Shown: positions 1-8,090 of the stretch, piece by piece | Numbering within the stretch: the stretch's first letter is position 1 | Layout: every line of letters starts with the position of its first letter | Assembly (NCBI GenBank): GCA_963667565.1 | Contig: OY763415.1 | Span: forward strand, 1,248,001-1,312,000 | Reading direction: 5' to 3' | DNA length: 64,000 nucleotides | Origin: Acholeplasmataceae bacterium | GTDB taxonomy: Bacteria; Bacillota_I; Bacilli_A; Acholeplasmatales; Acholeplasmataceae | Translations under genes and position numbers: made by a program | Notes under the pieces: generated by a model | Databases searched by the model: none | Told to the model about the DNA's origin: nothing | Seen by the model: the letters and a program-made list of their open reading frames with translations, nothing else

Positions 1-930
1 CATACTCATTTCAGCACATAAAATGCCTTTGCAGTTTGAATTGATTTGATCAAAAGCTTTTTTAGGATACGGCCAAATCGTAATAGGTCTTATCATACCT
101 ACTTTAATACCTTGTTCTTTTAATGTTTCAATCGCTGATCTAGCAATTCTCGCCATTGTACCATAGGCAACGATGACATAATCTGCTTCTTCTAATCCTA
201 TAGTTTCAACTTTTGTTTCTTCCTTCTTGATTAATTGATATTTTTTAAATAATTTATGATTATGTTTTTCAAGTTCAACTGGATCTAAAAACAATGAATT
301 AATCACATTTTTAGTTCCACCATGTTGATCAGTTCCATTGCTCGCGTAATCTTTATTTTCTATTTTTCTTTCTTTTACTGGTTTATCTAAGTCTACAGAT
401 TCCATCATTTGGCCAATGAGACCATCCACTAGAATCATGACTGGATTTCTATACGTATCAGCCACATCAAACGACTCTTTTAAAATATCAATGGTTTCTT
501 GTATTGTCTCTGGAGCATAGACTATCAATTGATAATCACCATTACCACCACCACGAGTTGCTTGATAGTAATCGGCTTGCGAAGGCTGTATACCGCCAAG
601 ACCTGGGCCACCTCTCATCACAGATACAATGACACATGGAAGTTCTGCGCCACATAAATAAGAAATACCTTCTTGTTTTAATGCAATACCTGGAGATGAT
701 GAAGAAGTCATCACTCTAGCACCTGCACCAGCAGCTCCATAAACCATATTGATGGCTGCAACTTCAGATTCAGCTTGTACAAAAACTTTACCTTCGTTTA
801 TTAAATATTTAGACAAATATTCAGGTACTTCATTTTGAGGCGTGATTGGATATCCAAAAAAAGCATCAACACCGCCTTTAATTGCTGCAAGTGCGATTGC
901 TTCATTGCCTTTCATTAACACTTTACTCAT
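1..930 (-). CDS. vorB: 2-oxoacid:ferredoxin oxidoreductase alpha subunit (VorB/KorA type), 3' end runs off the window
   Basis: Not in the ORF track. Manual translation from ATG at 930 gives MSKVLMKGNEAIALAAIKGGVDAFFGYPITPQNEVPEY...QAESEVAAINMVYGA...TSSSSPGIALKQEG...MRGGPGLG (YPITP motif). Overlaps the upstream ferredoxin gene by 4 nt (ATGA). Confidence 0.92.
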   Translation of the reverse strand, partial: MSKVLMKGNEAIALAAIKGGVDAFFGYPITPQNEVPEYLSKYLINEGKVFVQAESEVAAINMVYGAAGAGARVMTSSSSPGIALKQEGISYLCGAELPCVIVSVMRGGPGLGGIQPSQADYYQATRGGGNGDYQLIVYAPETIQETIDILKESFDVADTYRNPVMILVDGLIGQMMESVDLDKPVKERKIENKDYASNGTDQHGGTKNVINSLFLDPVELEKHNHKLFKKYQLIKKEETKVETIGLEEADYVIVAYGTMARIARSAIETLKEQGIKVGMIRPITIWPYPKKAFDQINSNCKGILCAEMSM

Positions 931-1148
931 TTGCTATTCACCTCAACAGTTATGACTGAATCCGGACACATAATCGCACAAAAAGCACAACCAATGCATT
1001 GATCAGGGTCACTTACTTTAATGATATTATAACCAGCTTCATTCAGTGTTTTTTTGTCTTGATATAAAATATCTTTGGGACAATATTGGACACATAAGTT
1101 GCACCCTTTACACTTTTCATAATCAAATGTTACGACACCTTTTGCCAT
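927..1148 (-). CDS. 2x[4Fe-4S] ferredoxin, delta subunit of the 2-oxoacid oxidoreductase
   Basis: Two CxxCxxCxxxCP motifs (CKGCNLCVQYCP, CIGCAFCAIMCP); directly upstream of the alpha subunit. Confidence 0.92.
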   Translation of the reverse strand: MAKGVVTFDYEKCKGCNLCVQYCPKDILYQDKKTLNEAGYNIIKVSDPDQCIGCAFCAIMCPDSVITVEVNSK

Positions 1149-1162
1149 ATCACAACCTCCTT

Positions 1163-1804
1163 CTAGTACCAGTTTTTTGTCAAATAGGTTTTTAATTTTA
1201 ATATATTTCCTAATAATCTTACATCTTTATTATATAAGTTTTCATGAAGTGTTGTAAAGACAACTTCAATGCCTGTCATTTTATAAACTTGCTCAATGAT
1301 TCTTTGTCCTTCTAAAATATCCTCGATGGTTGTGTCTTTAAGTAAATTAGAATTATGAATTAAACCAGTGATTTTGTAACCACTACTACCTTCAATTTTA
1401 TTGATCATTTTTAAAATATTTTCTAATGAATTTGTTTCGGGTCTAAAAATATTGACCACTAAAAAGAAATCCACTTCGCGCATATCAAGATCTTCAAATT
1501 GACGCATTACTTTTGCACCTAAATCATTTCCACCTAAATCATAAAGTGCTTTAGTATTTGGATTTTGTAATGGCAAAAAGATCTTCTTGGATAAATAGGG
1601 AAGATCTGTATAAGTATCATTTTGCAAATCTGAAGAGATGATTTCTACATCATCTAAAATATCTCTTGCTTCTCTTGACCTAAAGTATGGATTGATAATA
1701 TCAAGATCAACTAAGTAATCAAAATGAAATTGTTTTGCTAAATTGAGTGATACTTCTGTTTTGCCTGAACCATAATATCCTGATATAAATACAATACGTT
1801 TCAT
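1163..1804 (-). CDS. P-loop NTPase of the type found in vor operons
   Basis: Walker A-like GYYGSGKTEV, DLDIINPYFRSRE and DLGGNDLGA motifs. Confidence 0.75.
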   Translation of the reverse strand: MKRIVFISGYYGSGKTEVSLNLAKQFHFDYLVDLDIINPYFRSREARDILDDVEIISSDLQNDTYTDLPYLSKKIFLPLQNPNTKALYDLGGNDLGAKVMRQFEDLDMREVDFFLVVNIFRPETNSLENILKMINKIEGSSGYKITGLIHNSNLLKDTTIEDILEGQRIIEQVYKMTGIEVVFTTLHENLYNKDVRLLGNILKLKTYLTKNWY

Positions 1805-1807
1805 AGA

Positions 1808-2878
1808 TTATCTTGGAATATAATTTGAATGGAGTTGATTAATTGTTTCTATTCTCTTTTTAGCAAATACTTTAGCAGCTAAATGAGTGGTAATATCTTC
1901 GTTTTTAGCAATTTCGAATATTTCAAGCAATCTATCATATATTTTTTCAATATCTCTTATAGCTCTATCGCGATTATATGTGTCTAATTCATGATAAACA
2001 TTAATTAAACCGCCTGCATTAATTACAAAATCTGGTGCATATACAATATTTCTTTCTTTAATCATTTCTCCATGTTTTTCTTCATCTTCTAAAGCATTGT
2101 TTGCTGATCCTGCAATGACTCTTGCTTTAAATTGAGGAATACTATTATCATTTAAAATTGCACCTAAAGCACATGGAGAGAACACGTCAACATCAAGACT
2201 ATAAATTTTATCTGGCTCTACGAATTCTACATCTTTAAAATTATTATTGATTCTTTCTATATTTTTAGGATTGATTTCTGTATAATAAACTTTTTTCGCA
2301 TGATGTTCTTTCAATAATTTAATAAGATTAAACCCAGTTTGACCTGTACCTTGAACTGCAAAACTAAATTTAGAGACATCATCAGTACCAAATTGATGCA
2401 TAAGAGATGCTCGAATACCATGGAATACACCAAGTGCAGTGAGTGGTGATGGATCACCTGATTTACCTTCTAAGCCAACAACCCAATCTGTTTCCATATG
2501 AACATAGTCCATATCTTTTGTAGATGTGTTTACATCTTCTGCAGTGATATATCGACCATTTAAACTTTGAACATATCGACCTAATGCTCTAAAATATGCT
2601 TCATTTTTAACTTTAGATGCGTCACCAATAAGTACCGTCTTTCCCCCACCAAGATTAAGTCCAGCTGCTGCAGCTTTATAACTCATACCTCTTGCGAGTC
2701 TTAAGCAGTCAAGTGCTGCATCTTCTTCGTTTTCATAATTCCATAATCTAGTCCCACCAAGTGCTGGTCCTAATGTTGTGTTATGGATGCATGTAATCCC
2801 TTTAAGTCCAGTTGTTTTGTCATAAAAGTAAACCATTTGTTCATAGTTGTGTTTCTTCATGTAATCGAACTTGTTCAT
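1808..2878 (-). CDS. Leucine (Glu/Leu/Phe/Val) dehydrogenase
   Basis: HNTTLGPALGGTR, GLNLGGGK, YITAEDVNT, PCALG, AGSANN and PDFVINAGG motifs. Confidence 0.93.
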   Translation of the reverse strand: MNKFDYMKKHNYEQMVYFYDKTTGLKGITCIHNTTLGPALGGTRLWNYENEEDAALDCLRLARGMSYKAAAAGLNLGGGKTVLIGDASKVKNEAYFRALGRYVQSLNGRYITAEDVNTSTKDMDYVHMETDWVVGLEGKSGDPSPLTALGVFHGIRASLMHQFGTDDVSKFSFAVQGTGQTGFNLIKLLKEHHAKKVYYTEINPKNIERINNNFKDVEFVEPDKIYSLDVDVFSPCALGAILNDNSIPQFKARVIAGSANNALEDEEKHGEMIKERNIVYAPDFVINAGGLINVYHELDTYNRDRAIRDIEKIYDRLLEIFEIAKNEDITTHLAAKVFAKKRIETINQLHSNYIPR

Positions 2879-2908
2879 TGCTTTCCTCCGAAAATATTAA
2901 ATTCATTT

Positions 2909-2936
2909 TGTAAACGTTTTCACTTATATTATAACA
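2909..2936 (-). promoter_or_regulatory. Extended -10 promoter and cre-like operator upstream of leucine dehydrogenase
   Basis: TGtTATAAT on minus (2936-2928); TGTAAACGTTTTCA (2909-2922) fits cre consensus TGWAANCGNTNWCA. Confidence 0.55.
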
Positions 2937-3074
2937 GCAATATAGTTAAAAAACAAAATACTATTTTATTTATAAAATAAGCGTTTTAATTATGGTAAAA
3001 TGTGTATCGATTTAATGCATTTTTTTCTGTTTTGTCATATAATTAAATTGATACACCTAGGAGGGACTTATATC

Positions 3075-3845
3075 ATGGCATTTTTAAGGATTGATTTTCC
3101 ATCTTCAATTTTACAAATGGCTGAACATGTAGATGTCATTTTACCTGATGATTTTAATAAACATGATCCAGTTGAAGACGGACAACAAAAATTTAGAACA
3201 CTTTATTTATTACACGGTTATTATGGGAATAGTACTGATTGGATGAGATTATCATCAATTGAAAGATATGCAGGTGATCATCACATCGCAGTTGTTATGC
3301 CTTCAGCTTATAATAGTTATTACACGAATGCACTGCATGGAGAAAGATATTTTGATTTTATCGCAGACGAAATTCCAAGATATTTACAAAAATTACTACC
3401 TCTAGCAAAATCGAAAGAACACAATTTCATTGCAGGATTATCTATGGGTGGTTATGGTGCAATTAAAATTGCACTTCATTATCCGGAAAGATATCAATTA
3501 GCTGCAAGTTTATCAGGTGCATTAGACTTTGAATTTGTTTATCAAAGAGGTATAAAAGATTTAACTAGAACTAGACATTTTCAATCTATCTTTGGTCTAA
3601 TTGAGGATATGGAACATTCAGAACATAATTTATTTTATAGACTTAAAGAAAATAGCAAAGAACTTCCTTATTTATATATTATTTGTGGTACAGAAGATTT
3701 CTTATTTGATTCAAATAACAAATTTGTTGATGAACTTAAAAAACAAAATATCAATCACCTTTATGAAACACACCCTGGGGATCACAACTGGACTTTCTGG
3801 GATACATATATTAAAGATGTATTAAATCTAATCGATAAAAAATAG
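3075..3845 (+). CDS. Esterase, alpha/beta hydrolase (tributyrin esterase/S-formylglutathione hydrolase-like)
   Basis: LYLLHG, GLSMGG nucleophile elbow, CGTEDFL, GDHNW. Start moved to ATG 3075 behind a GGAGG RBS. Confidence 0.88.
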   Translation: MAFLRIDFPSSILQMAEHVDVILPDDFNKHDPVEDGQQKFRTLYLLHGYYGNSTDWMRLSSIERYAGDHHIAVVMPSAYNSYYTNALHGERYFDFIADEIPRYLQKLLPLAKSKEHNFIAGLSMGGYGAIKIALHYPERYQLAASLSGALDFEFVYQRGIKDLTRTRHFQSIFGLIEDMEHSEHNLFYRLKENSKELPYLYIICGTEDFLFDSNNKFVDELKKQNINHLYETHPGDHNWTFWDTYIKDVLNLIDKK

Positions 3846-3871
3846 CCCTATGCATGCATAAGGCTTTTTTA
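3838..3871. terminator. Bidirectional intrinsic terminator
   Basis: AGCCCTATGC-AT-GCATAAGGCT flanked by A and T tracts, between convergent genes. Confidence 0.7.
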
Positions 3872-5476
3872 TTATCTAAATATATGCTGATCAAGTTCTT
3901 TTTCCGGTAAAGGTTTCGAAAAGTAATAACCTTGGAAATAATCACTCTTCAAATCTTTAAGTAGTTGGAGTGCATCTTCAGTCTCGACGCCTTCACTAAT
4001 CACATATAATTCTAATTTATGGGCTAAATCAATCATAAACTGCAAAACAGGAGAACTTTTTTCTTTATCTGAGATTTCTTTTATAAAACTACGATCAATT
4101 TTTAAGTAATCAAGTGGTAATTTTTGTAGGTAAGTAAGTGATGAATATCCTACTCCAAAATCATCTAGAGCAATCTTAAATCCTATTTTTCTTAATTTCA
4201 TCAAAGTTTTAATGGTTTCTTCTAAATTATCAATAATCATAGATTCAGTGACTTCAAAAATGAATTGTTTTGTTTCAACATTCATTTCTTTTACCATGTC
4301 TGTAAGTTTTGGCACAAATGTATGACTAGATAAGATTTTTGCTGATAGATTAATTGATATTTGAATATTTAAACCTTGACTCTTCCATTTTAATTGTTGT
4401 TTAAATGCTTCTTTAATAACAAACCATGTCATCTCTTTAATATGACCAGTCTTCTCAGCAATATAAATAAAGTCAAGTGGTGGAACTAACCCTTTCATAG
4501 GATGATTCCATCTAATTAAAGCTTCAACCATGGTTGCTTTTAAGTTCTTATTAGAAATGATGGGTTGATAATAAACGAGAAACTCTTGATTTTTGACACC
4601 ATAATATAATTGGTTTGCAATTTCAGCTTGATTCTTTTTAACATCAGCAAGCTTTTCAGAATAAAACACAATTTGATTTTTGCCTAATAATTTTGCTTCA
4701 TTAAGCGCAATATCTGCACATTTTAATAATTCATGATAATCTTCACCATCATAGGGATATATCGCAACACCAGCTGAAAGTGATGCATAAAAATCTTCAC
4801 GATCCAAGAAGTATGTTTTTTTAATGTTTTTAGAAATATTATTAATACATTCTATGAGTTCTTGTTTGCTTGCTTTAGATTTAATTAAAACAATGAACTC
4901 ATCTCCGCTAAGTCTACCGATGATGTTATCTTCACCAATGACTCTTTTGAGCTCAATAGCAACTTGTTGTATTAATACATCACCAATATCGTGACCTTTT
5001 GTTTCATTTAACTCTTTAAAATTGTCAATATCGATATCCACAAACGCCAATAATTCATTTTCGTTTTCTTCAATAAAATCAGTAACATCTTCTAATATTT
5101 TAGCTCTTGAGTATACATTAGTTAGATCATCATAATAAGCTTTATCATAAAGTACCTTTTCTAGTTTTTTAAGTGATGTATTTGAGTTTTCAAGTTGAGT
5201 TACAGCATCACCTAAGTCATCGATGGTATCAGCGTATAAATCCATTCTTCTTTTAATAATGAAATAAAACAAAAACGCTGTAAATATAACAAAAAGAATC
5301 CCTTTGATGGTTTGCAAAAACTCATGAAACTCATGGTTTGATGAAAACACATTTAAAATTTCATCAGAAATTAATATCCACGTAACCCCTAAAACAACAT
5401 ATATGGATATAATCTCAATGGTATTTTTCATTGGATTATTATTTTTTTTACCTAATTTTTGATATTTACGTCTCAT
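3872..5476 (-). CDS. Membrane-anchored GGDEF-EAL protein (c-di-GMP turnover)
   Basis: 2 N-terminal TM helices, coiled coil, YYDDLT, DIDNFK, RLSGDEF, EALIRW, FEVTES, DDFGVGYSS, EGVE, QGYYFSKP. Confidence 0.92.
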   Translation of the reverse strand: MRRKYQKLGKKNNNPMKNTIEIISIYVVLGVTWILISDEILNVFSSNHEFHEFLQTIKGILFVIFTAFLFYFIIKRRMDLYADTIDDLGDAVTQLENSNTSLKKLEKVLYDKAYYDDLTNVYSRAKILEDVTDFIEENENELLAFVDIDIDNFKELNETKGHDIGDVLIQQVAIELKRVIGEDNIIGRLSGDEFIVLIKSKASKQELIECINNISKNIKKTYFLDREDFYASLSAGVAIYPYDGEDYHELLKCADIALNEAKLLGKNQIVFYSEKLADVKKNQAEIANQLYYGVKNQEFLVYYQPIISNKNLKATMVEALIRWNHPMKGLVPPLDFIYIAEKTGHIKEMTWFVIKEAFKQQLKWKSQGLNIQISINLSAKILSSHTFVPKLTDMVKEMNVETKQFIFEVTESMIIDNLEETIKTLMKLRKIGFKIALDDFGVGYSSLTYLQKLPLDYLKIDRSFIKEISDKEKSSPVLQFMIDLAHKLELYVISEGVETEDALQLLKDLKSDYFQGYYFSKPLPEKELDQHIFR

Positions 5477-5618
5477 TTCATCATACCCTCTATTTATGAT
5501 TCTTATGATATATACTCATCATACCATAAATAAGAGTATGAAAAAACACTAGATACTATATAAAAAAAATACTACATTACTATGTAGTATCATTTCTTAT
5601 TGATAGATTTACTAAAAA

Positions 5619-6512
5619 TTAGCTTACTTTTCTGCTATTAACATGAACCCAACGATATCCTTTTGCTCTTGTGGGTGGTAATCTTTTTTCAGTATATATA
5701 TAATATTCTGTCGATTGATTATTTAGATCAACTTCTAAGTAATATCCTGCATCTCTAAATGAGCCAGGAGTATGTTTAATGAATGATGCGAAATCTATAC
5801 TTTGTAATGAAAGTAATTCTTTTTCCTCATTTGTAATACTCACAAAAAATCCGTCTGGATGAATCAATCTAGGGAGTTCTCCGTTTTCTACTTGAATCAC
5901 TCTGTTTGAAGTTGAATAGTCAGGCTCTAACTCTAAATAATGTCCATTATCAACCGTTTGAAATGCAATAAACTTAGGTCTTTTTTTGATATCTGACAAT
6001 ACTATATCTTGTTGTTCAAATATGACTACATGTCCTTGTTGTAATGATGCATGATTTTTTTCTTCTGTTTTTTCTTCTTGTTTAAAAGTCTTAATAGGTG
6101 CTTCATTAGATTTCTTAATAAAGGTAAATTTTACTAATGTGACATAAATAATAATCACCCAGTATATTGCATAAATCGCAATAAGACTATTAAGTAATGT
6201 AAATAACAAATATGCAATTCTTGATTCATGCCCATATATAAAATCCAAAACTGTCACTAAAACACTTAATAAAAGTACCCAAGCAAAAACACTTAAATTA
6301 GATATTTTCTTATCAATCGATTCGACTATCGATTCATAACCAGAAGATTTACCTTCAAGCATAAAAGTGATAATAGATAATACTATGAACAATACTAAAC
6401 TAACATAAGTAATTATAATGTTGATACTGAAAAAAACAATTGCTGATATCAAGATAACTATATTTAATGATAACAATCCTAAATTTATTTTTTTAACCAT
6501 TTTAGTCTCCAT
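5619..6512 (-). CDS. Hypothetical 4-TM membrane protein with two C-terminal YjzC-like repeats
   Basis: Four hydrophobic segments, then GHYLEL...ELPRL and PGSFRDAGYYLEV...RLPPTRAKGYRW. Start may be the ATG at 6500 (GGAG upstream). Confidence 0.65.
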   Translation of the reverse strand: METKMVKKINLGLLSLNIVILISAIVFFSINIIITYVSLVLFIVLSIITFMLEGKSSGYESIVESIDKKISNLSVFAWVLLLSVLVTVLDFIYGHESRIAYLLFTLLNSLIAIYAIYWVIIIYVTLVKFTFIKKSNEAPIKTFKQEEKTEEKNHASLQQGHVVIFEQQDIVLSDIKKRPKFIAFQTVDNGHYLELEPDYSTSNRVIQVENGELPRLIHPDGFFVSITNEEKELLSLQSIDFASFIKHTPGSFRDAGYYLEVDLNNQSTEYYIYTEKRLPPTRAKGYRWVHVNSRKVS

Positions 6513-6613
6513 TTTTTATTTCAATTTTCGTAATATATTTTATCACAACCCTTTTAATTAATCTAACAATATACAATAAAGCGACTGAGTTCTTTGACTC
6601 AATCCCTTATTCA

Positions 6614-7480
6614 TTATTTTTTCTTTAGTTTTGCAATGAAAAACCCTTCGTAATATTGATTAGGTGCAATCGTTAAAACCCCTTCGATATTAGATTCTAT
6701 AACTTGTAGGTGCTCATCTTTAATTGGTATGATTGGTACGACATCAACTAAATCTAGATATTTTCTTACAATCTCTTCATTCTCTTCATTTAAGATTGAG
6801 CATGTTGAATATATCATTGTTTGTCCTTTTTTAAGCATCTTAATCGCTTTTGATAATAGTTGATGTTGTACTTTTATAGATTTATCGACAAGTTCTTTTG
6901 TAAATTGCTTATTTTCCCTATTTAAATCTAATGTCCCAGAACCACTACAAGGTGCATCTAATAAAATAGAATCAAATGTAAAATAGTCGTCAAGTTGTCT
7001 AGCATCTTTTTGTATCAAGTAACAGTTGGAAACGCCTTGTTTTTCAATATTATATTTTAGTTTTTGAAAACGGATAGGATTTTGCTCACAAGCAGTAATC
7101 GCAGCTTGATCTTTAGTAAGTGCAGCAATTAATGTTGTTTTACCACCAGGTGCTGCAGCCATATCTAAAATGGTTTCTTTTGCTTTAGGTTCTAAATAAA
7201 GTGCTGGCAACATGGATGAAAGACTTTGTATATAGATACTTCCGTTTTTATATATTTCAAGCTGTCTTATTTTTTCTATATCATCAGTGATAAAACCATT
7301 TTCATACCAATCAATAAACTTAATATTAATGGACTCATTGTTCATAATCTGAATAAATTGATTTTTATCAAGTTTTAATGTATTGATTCTCCCTGATGAG
7401 ATTCGACCCATTTTAGAACCATTTATAATAAGTTGTTTTGATGGGTGATCTTTAATCAACAATTCGAAAGTTTCATTCAT
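6614..7480 (-). CDS. RsmB/RsmF/NOP2 family RNA m5C methyltransferase
   Basis: YIQSLSSMLP, LDMAAAPGGKT, LLDAPCSGSG, YSTCS..EENE, GFFIAKL. Confidence 0.9.
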   Translation of the reverse strand: MNETFELLIKDHPSKQLIINGSKMGRISSGRINTLKLDKNQFIQIMNNESINIKFIDWYENGFITDDIEKIRQLEIYKNGSIYIQSLSSMLPALYLEPKAKETILDMAAAPGGKTTLIAALTKDQAAITACEQNPIRFQKLKYNIEKQGVSNCYLIQKDARQLDDYFTFDSILLDAPCSGSGTLDLNRENKQFTKELVDKSIKVQHQLLSKAIKMLKKGQTMIYSTCSILNEENEEIVRKYLDLVDVVPIIPIKDEHLQVIESNIEGVLTIAPNQYYEGFFIAKLKKK

Positions 7481-7563
7481 ATGTCATACCTTACCTTAAC
7501 TTATCTACTATTCCTATTTTAACATATCTTATCTCAATCATTTTTTATAGTAATGCAAATATA

Positions 7564-7623
7564 TTGCTATTTCATTAATCATCATATATAATTGTTGTTG
7601 TTACAACTGTTGCATGTGCAACA
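7564..7623 (+). promoter_or_regulatory. Sigma-A promoter and tandem putative MarR operators
   Basis: TTGCTA (7564)-17 nt-TATAAT (7587), then TGTTG-N6-CAACT (7593-7608) and TGTTGCA-TG-TGCAACA (7608-7623) just before the AGGAGG RBS. Confidence 0.65.
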
Positions 7624-7637
7624 ATTAGGAGGAATAT

Positions 7638-8090
7638 ATGATTTTAAATGATATGTCAATTATTATTAGGTATAATTTTACATTTATGAATCGGAGTTTA
7701 TCAAACACTAATATTTCAGCAAACGAAAACTATATGCTGATGTATTTATTTGATAAGGGTGAGGTAACACAGGACGAAATCTCATCGTATTTTGGCATTG
7801 ATAAAGGAAGTATTTCCAAAACAGTTTCAAGTCTTGAATCAAAAGGTTATATTGAGAAAAAAATTAATCAAGACAATAAACGATCTAACCTTGTTTATAT
7901 CACAAAAAAGGGTATACAAACTTTCAAAGAGACGAAAAAGCTCTTAGATATGTGGCACAAGGATATTTTGAATAATATTTCTTCAGAGGAACTTGACATA
8001 CTTACAAAAACATTAAGCACCATGGCTAGAAATGCAGAAAAAGCTTTAGGAAAAGATACAACTCAAGGAGAATCACATGAAACAAAATAA
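7638..8090 (+). CDS. MarR family transcriptional regulator
   Basis: TQDEISSYFGIDKGSISKTVSSLESKGYI, DNKRSNLVYITKKG. Confidence 0.92.
   Translation: MILNDMSIIIRYNFTFMNRSLSNTNISANENYMLMYLFDKGEVTQDEISSYFGIDKGSISKTVSSLESKGYIEKKINQDNKRSNLVYITKKGIQTFKETKKLLDMWHKDILNNISSEELDILTKTLSTMARNAEKALGKDTTQGESHETK

Noticed and set aside
2783..2980. 65-aa plus-strand ORF
   Set aside because: Antisense to the leucine dehydrogenase start and promoter; no RBS or recognisable motif
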